From contig DATHKX010000073.1 of assembly GCA_035488835.1 (NCBI GenBank), forward strand, positions 30,690-94,689: a stretch of 64,000 nucleotides of DNA. Direction: 5' to 3'. Below, one piece after another: positions 53,386 to 62,809 of the stretch. The translations under genes were made by a program, and so were the position numbers. The notes beneath the pieces are model-generated. The model searched no databases, was not told where the DNA came from, and was given only the letters and a program-made list of their open reading frames with translations. Numbering within the stretch: position 1 is the first letter of the stretch; every line of letters starts with the position of its first letter. This DNA is from Gemmatimonadales bacterium (GTDB lineage: Bacteria; Gemmatimonadota; Gemmatimonadetes; Gemmatimonadales; GWC2-71-9).

Positions 53386-54353
53386 GCGCGCTCCTCGGGG
53401 AACGTCAGGACCCGCACCGCTTCGAGGTACACGCGGTCACCCACCCGCGCCGCCTCCGGCCGGGCCAGCACCTCGAGTCGATCGCCCGGCTCCGTCTCGA
53501 CCAGGTAGAAGGCGGCGGCGCCCGTATACCGCCGCTCCCGCACGACGCCCGGCACGCCGGCATCCGCCAGCGTGAGCCGCTCGGGCCGGACCACGAGCAC
53601 CTCACCGGGGCCCGCCCCGAGGATCTGGGCCAGCTTTCCGCGCAGCACGTTGGCCCGGCCCACGAACGTGGCGACGAACAGGCTCGCCGGTTGCTCGTAC
53701 AGCTCGTCGGCCGTGGCGAGCTGCTCGAGCCGCCCGGCTCGGAGCACCGCCACCCGGTCGCCCAGATCGAACGCCTCCTCCTGCTCGTGGGTGACGAAGA
53801 TGGTCGTGATCCCGACCCGTTTGATGAGCGCCCGCAGCTCGCGCCGCGTGCGCTCGCGCAGGCTCGGGTCCAGGTTCGACAGCGGCTCGTCCAAGAGCAG
53901 CACGCGCGGCTCGGGCGCGAGTGCCCGCGCCAGCGCCACGCGCTGCTGCTGCCCCCCCGAGAGCTCCTGCACGCGCCGCCGCTCGAACCCCTCGAGACCC
54001 ACGAGCGCGAGTACCTCCGCCACCTTGGGGTCGTTCGTCCTCCGTCCCGTGAGCCCAAAGGCGACATTCTCCCCCACATCGAGGTGGGGAAACAACGCGT
54101 AATGCTGGAACACCATCCCGCAGCGCCGCCGTGCGGGCGGCACCGCCGTCACGTCTTCTCCCGCGAGTACGATCCGACCGGCGTCGGGAGCCTCGAACCC
54201 GCCCAGCAGGCGCAGGACCGTGGTCTTACCACTGCCGGAGGGGCCGAGCAGGACGAGGATCTCGCCGCGCGGGATTTCGAGCGACAGCGGGCCGACGGCC
54301 ACGGTGTGCGACCACTGTTTGCGCACTTCATCCAGGGTGACGAACGCGCTCAT
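53382..54353 (-). CDS. ABC transporter ATP-binding protein (FbpC/PotA-like importer class)
   Basis: ATG (MSAFVTLDEV) internal to ORF 53382..55448, forming an ATGA overlap with the binding-protein stop. GPSGSGKTT, LSGGQQQRVALARAL, LLLDEPLS. Confidence 0.9.
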   Translation of the reverse strand: MSAFVTLDEVRKQWSHTVAVGPLSLEIPRGEILVLLGPSGSGKTTVLRLLGGFEAPDAGRIVLAGEDVTAVPPARRRCGMVFQHYALFPHLDVGENVAFGLTGRRTNDPKVAEVLALVGLEGFERRRVQELSGGQQQRVALARALAPEPRVLLLDEPLSNLDPSLRERTRRELRALIKRVGITTIFVTHEQEEAFDLGDRVAVLRAGRLEQLATADELYEQPASLFVATFVGRANVLRGKLAQILGAGPGEVLVVRPERLTLADAGVPGVVRERRYTGAAAFYLVETEPGDRLEVLARPEAARVGDRVYLEAVRVLTFPEERA

Positions 54354-55483
54354 CGCCCGTGGCCCCGCACGGTCTGATCCCAATAGCGCATCCAGTCCGC
54401 TCCCCGTTCGGCGAGCAGGTCCCAGTCCACGGTGGCGACTTGCATGACGCGCCGGACCTCGCGCGCCCACGGCGGCAGCGAGTCCACCGGGAGATCGAGC
54501 CGCGCGGGCAACCGGTACGCTTCGCGGGTGGCCGCCAGCTGCGCGGCGACGCTGCCGACGTACTCGACGAACGCCCGCGCCTGAGCGCGGTGGCGCGCGT
54601 TCCGCACCACGGCGATCGCGTCCTCGATCACCGGCGTGCCGCTGTTCGGAAACACGTAGCCCAGCGGCAGCCCGTCGCGCCTGCTGAGGAGAATGTCCGG
54701 CAGGTCCCAGATCGTCACCAACCCTTCCTGGCGCACGATCTTCTGGTCGAGGAGCGGACCGTTCAACACGTATTCCTTGGTCTGGGCGTCGAGCCGCCGC
54801 AGCCACTGGAACCCCGCGGCCGTGTCGTGCGTCTGCTGCAGGCCGCGCTCGATGATCATGCCCCACACGGCACGCATGGTGCCGGAGGCGAGCGGGTCGC
54901 GGATCAGGATCTTGCCCTTCCACCGGGGATCGAGCAGGTCGTCCCAATCCCGCGGGGCCTCGTCCGACTTCACCGCCTGCTCCGCGTACACGATCACCGC
55001 GGGCGTTTCGTAGGCGGCGTAGTACAAGTCGCGGGGCCCGCGGCCGTGCGGCTCGATGACCTCCGCCCAGCTCGGCCGGAACGGCTCGAGCAACGAGTCG
55101 CCCGCGCCCTGAGCGAAGATGGTCGCGGGGCCGCCGAACCAGACGTCCGCCTGCGGGTTGGCGCGCTCGGAGCGCAGCCGGTCGTACACCTCCTGCGAGC
55201 CCATGTCGAGCCAACGCACGTCGACGTCGGGGTGGAGCTGCTCGAAGCGCCGCTCCAACAGGGTGAGGAGATCGCGGCCGTGGGGGGAGTAGATCACGAG
55301 CGGCGTGCGGCCGTCGCCCTGGCAGCCAATCGAAACGAGTGCGAGTAGCGCGACGCCGAGGAGTGAACGCGGAACGCGGAAGGCGGAACGCGGAACAACC
55401 GGGCCGGGTTCGGTCCTCGGCGCTGGCCCCACTGCTCGGCGGCCGCACGCTCTGTTCCGCGTTCCGCCTTCCGCCTTCCGCAT
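54350..55483 (-). CDS. ABC transporter periplasmic substrate-binding lipoprotein (Fe3+/thiamine/AEP-type, family 1)
   Basis: Lipobox LLALVSIGC, then LVIYSPHGRDLL...VWFGGP. The only in-frame starts upstream of the signal peptide are ATG 55483 and GTG 55432, and both lie inside a repeat element. The start is therefore uncertain. Confidence 0.75.
   Translation of the reverse strand: MRKAEGGTRNRACGRRAVGPAPRTEPGPVVPRSAFRVPRSLLGVALLALVSIGCQGDGRTPLVIYSPHGRDLLTLLERRFEQLHPDVDVRWLDMGSQEVYDRLRSERANPQADVWFGGPATIFAQGAGDSLLEPFRPSWAEVIEPHGRGPRDLYYAAYETPAVIVYAEQAVKSDEAPRDWDDLLDPRWKGKILIRDPLASGTMRAVWGMIIERGLQQTHDTAAGFQWLRRLDAQTKEYVLNGPLLDQKIVRQEGLVTIWDLPDILLSRRDGLPLGYVFPNSGTPVIEDAIAVVRNARHRAQARAFVEYVGSVAAQLAATREAYRLPARLDLPVDSLPPWAREVRRVMQVATVDWDLLAERGADWMRYWDQTVRGHGR
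55365..55482. repeat. Long inverted repeat built from tandem 7-nt units CGGAA(C/G)G, with a 57-nt loop
   Basis: Left arm gaacgcggaacgcggaaggcggaacgcggaac (55365-55396). Right arm gttccgcgttccgccttccgccttccgca (55454-55482). The inner 21 nt are perfectly complementary. The right arm abuts the TAA (55484-55486) of the upstream gene. Confidence 0.85.
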
Positions 55484-57958
55484 TTATCGCTTGCCCAGCG
55501 CCAGGAGGTTGGCGAAGAGGCGATAGGCGCCGGGGACGCCTGCAGGGAGTTGCCTGAAGAAGCTCAGCCCGGTGTACACATACGTGCCCTTGCCGAGCGC
55601 GGCCTCGAGCAGGCCACCCTGGAGAGGCGGCTCACCGGGATCGTGCATCTCGAGCAGCGGCGTGTAGGCGGGATCCCAATCGTGCGCGAAGTACAGTCCG
55701 CGCTCCTGTACCCAGCCTCGCCAATCGTCGGGCCCGATGTCGTTCGGGACGTGAAACGCGCTGCTGGCGGAATCCAGCACCGTGACCGGCGCAGTCTCGT
55801 CCGTCACGCGGTCGTGCGGGCGCGCGATCGAGAGGCGGTACGGCGCGAAGCCGCCGTTCACAAACGGGTATTGCTGGTACTGGACGATCATGAGGCCGCC
55901 CGCGCGGACGTAGTCCAGGAGCCGCCCGTTGCTCGCGACGAGGGCGGGCTCGGTCTCGTACGCCCGGCTTCCGATCACGATCGCGTCGTACCGGGAAAGA
56001 TCGCCGCGGGCGAGCGTGTCGGGACCGAGCAGCTCGATCGGGACGCCCACCGCTTGCAGCGCCTCGGGGACCCGATCGGACGCGCCCCGCACATAGCCGA
56101 CGCGTGTCAGCGCCGGCAGCGAGATGCGCGCCGCGCGGAGCTCGGCGGTCGAGGCGTGGACCACCGCGCGGGGCCGGATATGCGGGTAGTCGATGAGCAC
56201 GAGCGCTCCGTCGCTCCGCTGGCGCCCTCCCCCGAGCGCGGCGGCCTTGAGCTCGTACACTCCGGGCCGGACCCCCGCCGGCGGCGTGACCGTGACGGAG
56301 AGGCTCTTCGACTCGTCCTCTCGCTCGAACGAGAGGCTATCCGGTCGGAGGGCCGTCCAGCCCGGCGGCGCCGTCACGACGACCTGGGCGACGGCGGGCC
56401 CGCGCGCGCGGTTGGTCACCGTGATCGTGAAGTGCCGGAGGCCTCCGGCCGCCCCGTCCACTGGCCAGACGACGAGCTCCGGGGCCACGGCGACATCGAA
56501 CGGTCGGGTCACGAACAGCGGGCGCCGCACCTCGCCGGTGCGCTGATCCCGATAGCGGTACACCACCTCGCGGGACAGCGTCAGCGCCTGGCCGGCGATC
56601 GTAAGGCGTACGGTCATCTGAACCGGCGGGGGCTCGAACGGCAATCCCCGCCACGCGGGCGGCACGCCGCTCCAGTCGTACAGGGCGCCGACTAACGGCC
56701 GCCGCAGGAAGTACGCTTGCGACCGTGGCGCATCGGTCGCCACGGTCACGGCGAAGCGACGCGTGGCGAGGGTTCCCGTCGGCACGGGGGAGCTCAGAGC
56801 GTCCAGCCGCTCGACCTTCCAGCCCGCCGGCGCCGCCACCTCGATCCCCTCGAGCGTCAGCCTCGCGTCCCCGGCGTTCCACACGCTCGTCTCCACCTGG
56901 ACGCGCTCTGCCGGAATGACGACGCCGTCGTCGGCGAAGCCGTCGATCACCACGCCCGCTGCGGCCGCGAGCGCCTCCTGGAGCACCGCTTGTTGCCCCG
57001 AATCCGCGTCGCCCAGCTCACGCAGGGCGCGCCCGAGCAGCGGAGCAATCGCGTCAGGCCGCGTCGGGTTGAGCTGCGCGCGCGCCGAATCGATCAAGCC
57101 GGCGTAGCGGGCCTTGCCCGGGAACAGCGTATCCACCCCGGCGAACAGCCCATCCCCGTCCCTCGCGCCCCGCGCCGCGTCCCGCCACTCCACAAACGCG
57201 AGCCGACCGATCCTCGGCCCGGGTTGCTCGAGCTGCCCCTCGTCCTGCGAGCGGTGCTGGCTCCGGCCCGCCATCGCGATCTGGTGGTAGGACCGGCCCG
57301 CCACCGGGTCGAGCACGCCCGCGTCGAGCCGCAGCGTGGCACTGGCGGTGTCGAAGTAGAGAGAGCGGTACAGCTTCACCGGCCCCCAGCTCGAGTCGCG
57401 CAGCGCCTCGAACGCTTGGCGCGCGACGAGGCCGGCCACTTGATGCTGGCCGTGGCCGTCACGCGGCGTGCCCGAGAAAACGGACACGATAACCTGGGGG
57501 CGGAACCGGCGCACGACCTCGAGCACGTCCCTGAGGACGGAGTCGCGGGGCCAGAAGCGCAACGCCTCGTCGAGCGTCTTGGAATACCCGAAGTCGTACG
57601 CGCGCGTAAAGAACTGGCGGGCGCCGTCGATCCGCCGGGCGGCGAGCAGCTCTTCCGAGCGGATGATGCCGAGCTCGGGGCCGAGCTCGGGACCGATGAG
57701 GTTCTGCCCGCCCTCGCCGCGGCTGAGCGACAGGTAGGCGACCTGCGCGCCCATCCCCCGGGCGAACAGGGCGACCAGGTCCGAGTACTCGTCGTCGGGG
57801 TGAGCGCCGATCATCAGCACCCGCTTGTTGGCGCCGAGCTGCTTGAGCGCGCCCGCCAACACCGCGACGCCGCCGGTGCCGGGTGGAGCGAACTGCCCCA
57901 CGGCGGACCCGACGGCGCCGAACAACAGAGCTAGGCTAGTCCCGAGCGCGCGCCGCAC
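55484..57958 (-). CDS. Large secreted PIG-L/LmbE-family deacetylase with a C-terminal class-I glutamine-amidotransferase-like (ThuA-like) domain
   Basis: GTG start (VRRALGTSLALLFGAVGSAVGQ signal) overlaps the upstream TAG by 1 nt. IGAHPDDE and SRGEGGQN motifs. The C-terminus contains YDAIVIGSRAYE...GGLMIVQYQQ. Confidence 0.78.
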   Translation of the reverse strand: MRRALGTSLALLFGAVGSAVGQFAPPGTGGVAVLAGALKQLGANKRVLMIGAHPDDEYSDLVALFARGMGAQVAYLSLSRGEGGQNLIGPELGPELGIIRSEELLAARRIDGARQFFTRAYDFGYSKTLDEALRFWPRDSVLRDVLEVVRRFRPQVIVSVFSGTPRDGHGQHQVAGLVARQAFEALRDSSWGPVKLYRSLYFDTASATLRLDAGVLDPVAGRSYHQIAMAGRSQHRSQDEGQLEQPGPRIGRLAFVEWRDAARGARDGDGLFAGVDTLFPGKARYAGLIDSARAQLNPTRPDAIAPLLGRALRELGDADSGQQAVLQEALAAAAGVVIDGFADDGVVIPAERVQVETSVWNAGDARLTLEGIEVAAPAGWKVERLDALSSPVPTGTLATRRFAVTVATDAPRSQAYFLRRPLVGALYDWSGVPPAWRGLPFEPPPVQMTVRLTIAGQALTLSREVVYRYRDQRTGEVRRPLFVTRPFDVAVAPELVVWPVDGAAGGLRHFTITVTNRARGPAVAQVVVTAPPGWTALRPDSLSFEREDESKSLSVTVTPPAGVRPGVYELKAAALGGGRQRSDGALVLIDYPHIRPRAVVHASTAELRAARISLPALTRVGYVRGASDRVPEALQAVGVPIELLGPDTLARGDLSRYDAIVIGSRAYETEPALVASNGRLLDYVRAGGLMIVQYQQYPFVNGGFAPYRLSIARPHDRVTDETAPVTVLDSASSAFHVPNDIGPDDWRGWVQERGLYFAHDWDPAYTPLLEMHDPGEPPLQGGLLEAALGKGTYVYTGLSFFRQLPAGVPGAYRLFANLLALGKR

Positions 57959-59256
57959 TATGGCGAAACATAAGTGACCCCGCCCTTCATAACGAATCGC
58001 ACGCGCGACAGTTCCGCGACGTCCTTCAAGGGGTCCCCCGCCACCGCGACCAGGTCCGCGTACGCGCCGGCGGTGACGACACCCAGGTCCCGTTGCCCCA
58101 GCAGCTCGGCCGCGAGCGACGTCCCCGATTTGATCGCCTGCATCGGCGTCATGCCGTACTGCACGTAGTACTCGAACTCTTTCGCCTGATTGAGCTCGGT
58201 CCAGGGGAATCCGCCGACGTCCGTTCCTAACACGATCCGGACGCCTTTCTTGACCCCCCTGGTGAACGCCCGGCGCTGGTGCTCCACCATCGGTCCCCAC
58301 ACGCCGCCGCGCGGCCCCGCGACGTAGTAGGCCACCGTCACCGTCGGCACCCAATACACTCCCTTCGCGACGAGGACGTCGAGCAGGGAGTCCGTCATGC
58401 CGTCGCCGTGCTCGATGGTGTTCACGCCGGCGCGGAGCGCCGCCGCGATTCCGTCCGACCCGATCGCGTGGGCCGCCACCCTGCGCCCCAGGCGGTGCGC
58501 CTCGTCCACGATCGCGCGTGCCTCGTCGTCCGTGAAATTGACCCAGCTGTGCAGCACCGAGTCGGGAGTGAAATAGTAGCGGCGGTCGGAGTAGTACTTG
58601 ATCCAGTCGGCGCCGTGGGCCACCTGCTGGCGCACGGCGAGGCGCGCGCCCTCCACGCCATCCACCGGCTGGACGCCGTGGGGCAGCTCCAGCTCCCAGT
58701 TGTCAGAGACGATCGGGTACATGCCAGTGGGCGCCATGGCGCGGGTGGAGGCGAAGATGTGGGGGCCGGGGATCTCTCCGCGGTCCACGGCGCGCTTCAC
58801 GTCGACGTCTGCGTACATCGCGCCCTCGGTCTCGAGGTCGCGGATCGCGGTGAATCCGTGCTCGAGCGCGATGCGGGCGTTGCGGGCGGCGAGGATCGCG
58901 CGGTACGGCGTCGACTCGTACAGCAGCTGATCATTGTAGGCCTGGGCCGTCGAGTCGCCCTGGAGCAACAGATGGGTGTGCGCGTCGATGAAGCCCGGGA
59001 GCACCGTCATCTGCCACAGATCGATCACACGGGCGCCCCGCGCCTGCGCCTGGACCTGCGCCAGCGGGCCGACCGCCTTGATCCGATCTCCCTCGATCAG
59101 GATGCCGACGCCCGATTGCGGTCCGTCGGACCGACCGTCGATCAGGCGACCGGCCTTGATGAGGACGGGCGACGCCGTCTGGACGGGCCGGGGCGCCTGC
59201 GCCCGGGCGGGCGTCGCGACGGCGAGCGTGGCGAACAGGACGAAACTGGGATGCAT
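57958..59256 (-). CDS. Amidohydrolase-family metallo-hydrolase (imidazolonepropionase / Xaa-Pro dipeptidase-like), secreted
   Basis: Signal peptide. GFIDAHTHLLL, AAHAIG and EHGD segments. Confidence 0.85.
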   Translation of the reverse strand: MHPSFVLFATLAVATPARAQAPRPVQTASPVLIKAGRLIDGRSDGPQSGVGILIEGDRIKAVGPLAQVQAQARGARVIDLWQMTVLPGFIDAHTHLLLQGDSTAQAYNDQLLYESTPYRAILAARNARIALEHGFTAIRDLETEGAMYADVDVKRAVDRGEIPGPHIFASTRAMAPTGMYPIVSDNWELELPHGVQPVDGVEGARLAVRQQVAHGADWIKYYSDRRYYFTPDSVLHSWVNFTDDEARAIVDEAHRLGRRVAAHAIGSDGIAAALRAGVNTIEHGDGMTDSLLDVLVAKGVYWVPTVTVAYYVAGPRGGVWGPMVEHQRRAFTRGVKKGVRIVLGTDVGGFPWTELNQAKEFEYYVQYGMTPMQAIKSGTSLAAELLGQRDLGVVTAGAYADLVAVAGDPLKDVAELSRVRFVMKGGVTYVSP

Positions 59257-59344
59257 CGCGGTCTCCTTGAGGGGCGAGGCGAATCTTCTCGTGACCGCTT
59301 CCGTGTCAAGCCTTACATTGGGGCACTCCCCAACGGAGGCAACC

Positions 59345-60238
59345 GTGGCCGTCCGCGTGACCTGCCAGTGCGGGACGTCGTACGAGCTGAAGGATGAGTT
59401 CGCCGGACGATTGGTGAAGTGCCCCCAGTGCGGGCGAGAGAACCGGGTCCCGGGCGTCGTGCCAGCGGGCGCCGTGAAGCCTCAGGCGGATCCGGTGTTC
59501 GACCGCGACGTCTTCCTCCTGCGGCAGCAGCTCCTGCGGATCTCCGAGAAATACGACGTGGCGGACGAGCAGGGGAAGAAGATCGTGTTCGTCGAGCGCC
59601 CGGCGCACCTGCTGCGCAACCTCGGAGCGCTGCTCGCGGCGCTTGCCGCGGCGACTGTCGTGGGGGTGGGGTTCGGGATGCTCTCCGATATGGCCAAGGG
59701 CACCGCGTTCGAGGGCGTCCTGGTCGCGCTCGCGGTGATCGGCGCTCTCGTCGCCCTGATCGCCGTCGGGGTCGGCCTGTCCGCCAAGCGGCATGTGACC
59801 TTCTATCGCGATCAGACGAAGCGTGACAAGCTGCTCGACGTGCTGCAGGACCGAAAGTGGCAGCCGATCACGGCCACCTACACGGTGCGCGACCGGTCGG
59901 GGCGCACGATGGCGCTCCTGTGGAAGAACTATCTGTACAACATCATCCGGAAGCGCTGGTACGTGAAAGCGCCGGACGGCACGACCCTGTACGTCGCGAA
60001 GGAAGACTCCGTCATCCTCTCGCTGTTGCGCCGGCTGCTGGGGCCGCTGTTCGGCCTGCTGCGGACCAATTTCATCATCGTGCGCAGCGGCTCGGAGGAC
60101 GTCGTGGGCGAGTTCAACCGCAAGTTCACGCTCCTCGACCGTTACGTGCTGGATCTCAAGGCAGACCGAGCCCGCGAGCTCGACCGCCGCGTGGCACTCG
60201 CACTCGGCGTCATGCTCGACACCGGTGAGCGACGGTGA
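59345..60238 (+). CDS. Zinc-ribbon / two-TM / scramblase-LURP-one-like (Tubby C-terminal-like fold) protein
   Basis: GTG preceded by GGAGG, 5 nt upstream. N-terminal ribbon CQCG...CPQCG. Two TM helices. The C-terminal beta-rich region (YTVRDRSGRTMALLWKNYLYNIIRKRWYVKAPDG...FIIVRSGSEDVVGEFNRKFTLLDRYVLDL) looks LURP-one/scramblase-like. Confidence 0.62.
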   Translation: MAVRVTCQCGTSYELKDEFAGRLVKCPQCGRENRVPGVVPAGAVKPQADPVFDRDVFLLRQQLLRISEKYDVADEQGKKIVFVERPAHLLRNLGALLAALAAATVVGVGFGMLSDMAKGTAFEGVLVALAVIGALVALIAVGVGLSAKRHVTFYRDQTKRDKLLDVLQDRKWQPITATYTVRDRSGRTMALLWKNYLYNIIRKRWYVKAPDGTTLYVAKEDSVILSLLRRLLGPLFGLLRTNFIIVRSGSEDVVGEFNRKFTLLDRYVLDLKADRARELDRRVALALGVMLDTGERR

Positions 60239-60909
60239 GCGACGAGCGGGAAAAGCCGATCGTCATCACCCCCGACATGCTCGCGACGGGGACCGACACC
60301 CGTGTGGATTTCGAGCGCGGCATGCGCACGGCCCCGCCGCTCATCCTCGTGCTCATCGCGGCGAACGTGGCTCTGTTCGGTTGGGAGCTCGCCGTCGGGG
60401 CGCTCGCCAGCCGTGAAAGCATCGTCGAGGCAGGCGCCCTGGTGCGCGACCGCGTGCTCGCCGGGGAGTGGTGGCGCCTCGAGAGCGCCACCTTCCTGCA
60501 CGCCGGCTGGGACCACCTGCTCGGCAATTGCCTGGTGCTGTACGTGGTGGGGATGGCCTGCGAGCACGCGTTCGGCTTCGTGCGGACGGCCGTCGTGTAC
60601 TTCACCAGCGGCCTCACGGGCTCGGTCCTCTCCGGCGCCCTGTCGCCCGGACCGTCGGTCGGCGCTTCCGGCGCGATCTTCGGGGTCCTGGCCGCCGTGG
60701 TCGTCGTCCTGTACCGCCACCAGACGCGCTTCTACTTGCGGGACAAGCGGATCGGCTTCGTGCTCCTGGTGTGGGCGGCGTACCAGATCTCGACGGGCCT
60801 CCTGAACCCCTACATCGACAACTACGGACACCTCGGAGGATTCGCGGGCGGCGCGACCGCCGCCTTGCTGCTCGAGCCGAGCCTCTTGTCGGGGAGCCCC
60901 ACAGGGTAG
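60235..60909 (+). CDS. Rhomboid-family intramembrane serine protease
   Basis: GTG start forms a GTGA overlap with the upstream stop. WRLESATFLHAGWDHLLGN, catalytic GASGAIFG, and HLGGFAGG. Confidence 0.85.
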   Translation: MSDEREKPIVITPDMLATGTDTRVDFERGMRTAPPLILVLIAANVALFGWELAVGALASRESIVEAGALVRDRVLAGEWWRLESATFLHAGWDHLLGNCLVLYVVGMACEHAFGFVRTAVVYFTSGLTGSVLSGALSPGPSVGASGAIFGVLAAVVVVLYRHQTRFYLRDKRIGFVLLVWAAYQISTGLLNPYIDNYGHLGGFAGGATAALLLEPSLLSGSPTG

Positions 60910-60918
60910 ATTGGGGCC

Positions 60919-62802
60919 ATGGCCACGACCGCCAGAGCACCCGAGGGTAAGGTCAGCGCCGCCGAGGCGCGCGAAGTCGCCGAGGCCGCGCGCGAGCAGG
61001 AGTGGGTCGCACCGAGCTTCGTGCGCGACCTGTTCCTCGGGACGTTCCGCCTCGACCTCATCCATCCCTACCCCGAGCAGGATCCCGAAGAGGTGCGACG
61101 GGCGCAGCCGTTCCTCGAAAAACTCGAGCGGCTGCTCCGCGAGCAGGTCGACTCGGACCGCATCGACCGCGAGGGCGAGATCCCCGACGCCGTGATCCAG
61201 GGCTTGCGCGACCTGGGAGCGTTCGGGATCAAGATCCCGCGTGAGTACGGCGGGCTGGGTCTCTCGCAGCTGTCGTACATGAAGGCCATCGAGCTGGTCT
61301 CGTCGATCGACGGCTCGGTCACCGCGCTCCTCTCGGCGCATCAGTCGATCGGCGTGCCCCAACCATTGAAGCTGTTCGGCACCGACGCTCAGAAAAAGAA
61401 ATACCTCCCGCGCCTCGCGAAGGGCGCGATCTCGGCGTTCGCGCTGACGGAGCCGGGGGTCGGCTCCGACCCCGCCGCGATGGAGACGACGGCCGTGCCC
61501 ACGCCGGACGGCCAGGGGTGGCTGCTCAATGGCGAGAAGCTGTGGTGCACCAACGGCACTAAGGCGGAGCTGCTCGTCGTGATCGCGCGCACGCCGTCCA
61601 AGGTCGTGAACGGCAAGGAAAAGCGGCAGATCACGGCGTTCATCGTCGAGACCGCGTGGCCGGGCGTGAAGGTCGAGCACCGCTGCCACTTCATGGGCCT
61701 GAAGGCGATCTACAACGGCGTGATGCGCTTCACCAACGTCCGCGTGCCCAACGAGAACGTGCTGTGGGAGGTTGGCAAGGGCTTGAAGCTGGGCCTGATC
61801 ACGCTCAATACGGGACGGCTCACGCTTCCCATCTCCTCGGTCGCCGCCGGGAAGCGCTGTCTCGAGATCTCCCGCCAGTGGGCGAGCGAGCGGGTGCAGT
61901 GGGGTCGGGCCATCGGCAAGCACGACGCGATCGCCCAAAAAATCGGCGCCATGGCGGCGAACACGTTCGCCATGGAAGCGGTGGCGGAGCTGTGCGGCGC
62001 GATGGCGGACCGCGGCGGCTACGATATCCGGCTCGAGGCCGCGATCGCCAAGCTGTACAACTCCGAGGGTGGATGGCGCATCATCGACGACACCGTGCAG
62101 ATCCGGGGCGGCCGCGGCTACGAGACCGCCGACTCGCTCCGGGCCCGGGGCGAGAAGCCCGTGCCGGTCGAGCGCATCATGCGCGACTTCCGCATCAACC
62201 TGATCTTCGAAGGATCGAGCGAGATCATGCATCTGTTCATCGCCCGCGAGGCGGTGGACAAGCACCTGCAGGTGGCGGGCGATGTGGTGATGCCGGGCAA
62301 GACGCTCGGCGAGCGCCTGCGCGGGCTGGTGCGCGCGGCGCTGTTCTACGGGTGGTGGTATCCGTCGCGCTGGCTCGGCTGGGGGTTCTGGCCCAAGTAC
62401 GCCGGGTTCGGACCGCTCGCGCCACACCTGCGCTACGTGGAGCGGGCCGCCCGGCGCCTCGCGCGCGGGGTGTTCCACGCGATGATGCGGTTCGGGCCCA
62501 AACTCGAGTATCGCCAGGCGGTCCTGTTCCGGCTGGTGGACGTGGGCGCTGAGCTGTTCGCCATGGCCGCGACGTGCGCGCGGGCGCAGTGGCTCTCGAA
62601 GAGCGACCCCGCGGCCGGCCGCCGCGCCGTGGACCTCGCGGATTTGTTCTGCCGTCAGGCGCGCGGGCGCGTCGAGGCGAAGTTCCACGAGCTCTCGCAC
62701 AACGCCGACACGCGAGCCTATCGGCTGGCCCAGGAAGTGCTGCAAAGCGAGCACCGGTGGCTCGAGCGTGGGATGGTCGAGCTATCAGACCCCCAGACCT
62801 GA
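60919..62802 (+). CDS. Long-form acyl-CoA dehydrogenase
   Basis: [20 protein letters not shown] and QIRGGRGYE segments, plus a C-terminal helical extension. Confidence 0.9.
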   Translation: MATTARAPEGKVSAAEAREVAEAAREQEWVAPSFVRDLFLGTFRLDLIHPYPEQDPEEVRRAQPFLEKLERLLREQVDSDRIDREGEIPDAVIQGLRDLGAFGIKIPREYGGLGLSQLSYMKAIELVSSIDGSVTALLSAHQSIGVPQPLKLFGTDAQKKKYLPRLAKGAISAFALTEPGVGSDPAAMETTAVPTPDGQGWLLNGEKLWCTNGTKAELLVVIARTPSKVVNGKEKRQITAFIVETAWPGVKVEHRCHFMGLKAIYNGVMRFTNVRVPNENVLWEVGKGLKLGLITLNTGRLTLPISSVAAGKRCLEISRQWASERVQWGRAIGKHDAIAQKIGAMAANTFAMEAVAELCGAMADRGGYDIRLEAAIAKLYNSEGGWRIIDDTVQIRGGRGYETADSLRARGEKPVPVERIMRDFRINLIFEGSSEIMHLFIAREAVDKHLQVAGDVVMPGKTLGERLRGLVRAALFYGWWYPSRWLGWGFWPKYAGFGPLAPHLRYVERAARRLARGVFHAMMRFGPKLEYRQAVLFRLVDVGAELFAMAATCARAQWLSKSDPAAGRRAVDLADLFCRQARGRVEAKFHELSHNADTRAYRLAQEVLQSEHRWLERGMVELSDPQT

Positions 62803-62809
62803 GGTAACC

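Noticed and set aside
55397-55453. Possible riboswitch (for example TPP) in the 57-nt loop upstream of the thiamine/Fe3+-type ABC binding protein
   Set aside because: None of the conserved riboswitch cores I can recall (for example the CUGAGA / ACCUGAUCUGGAUAAUGCCAGCG elements of TPP) is present. The segment is better explained as the loop of the heptamer-repeat hairpin.
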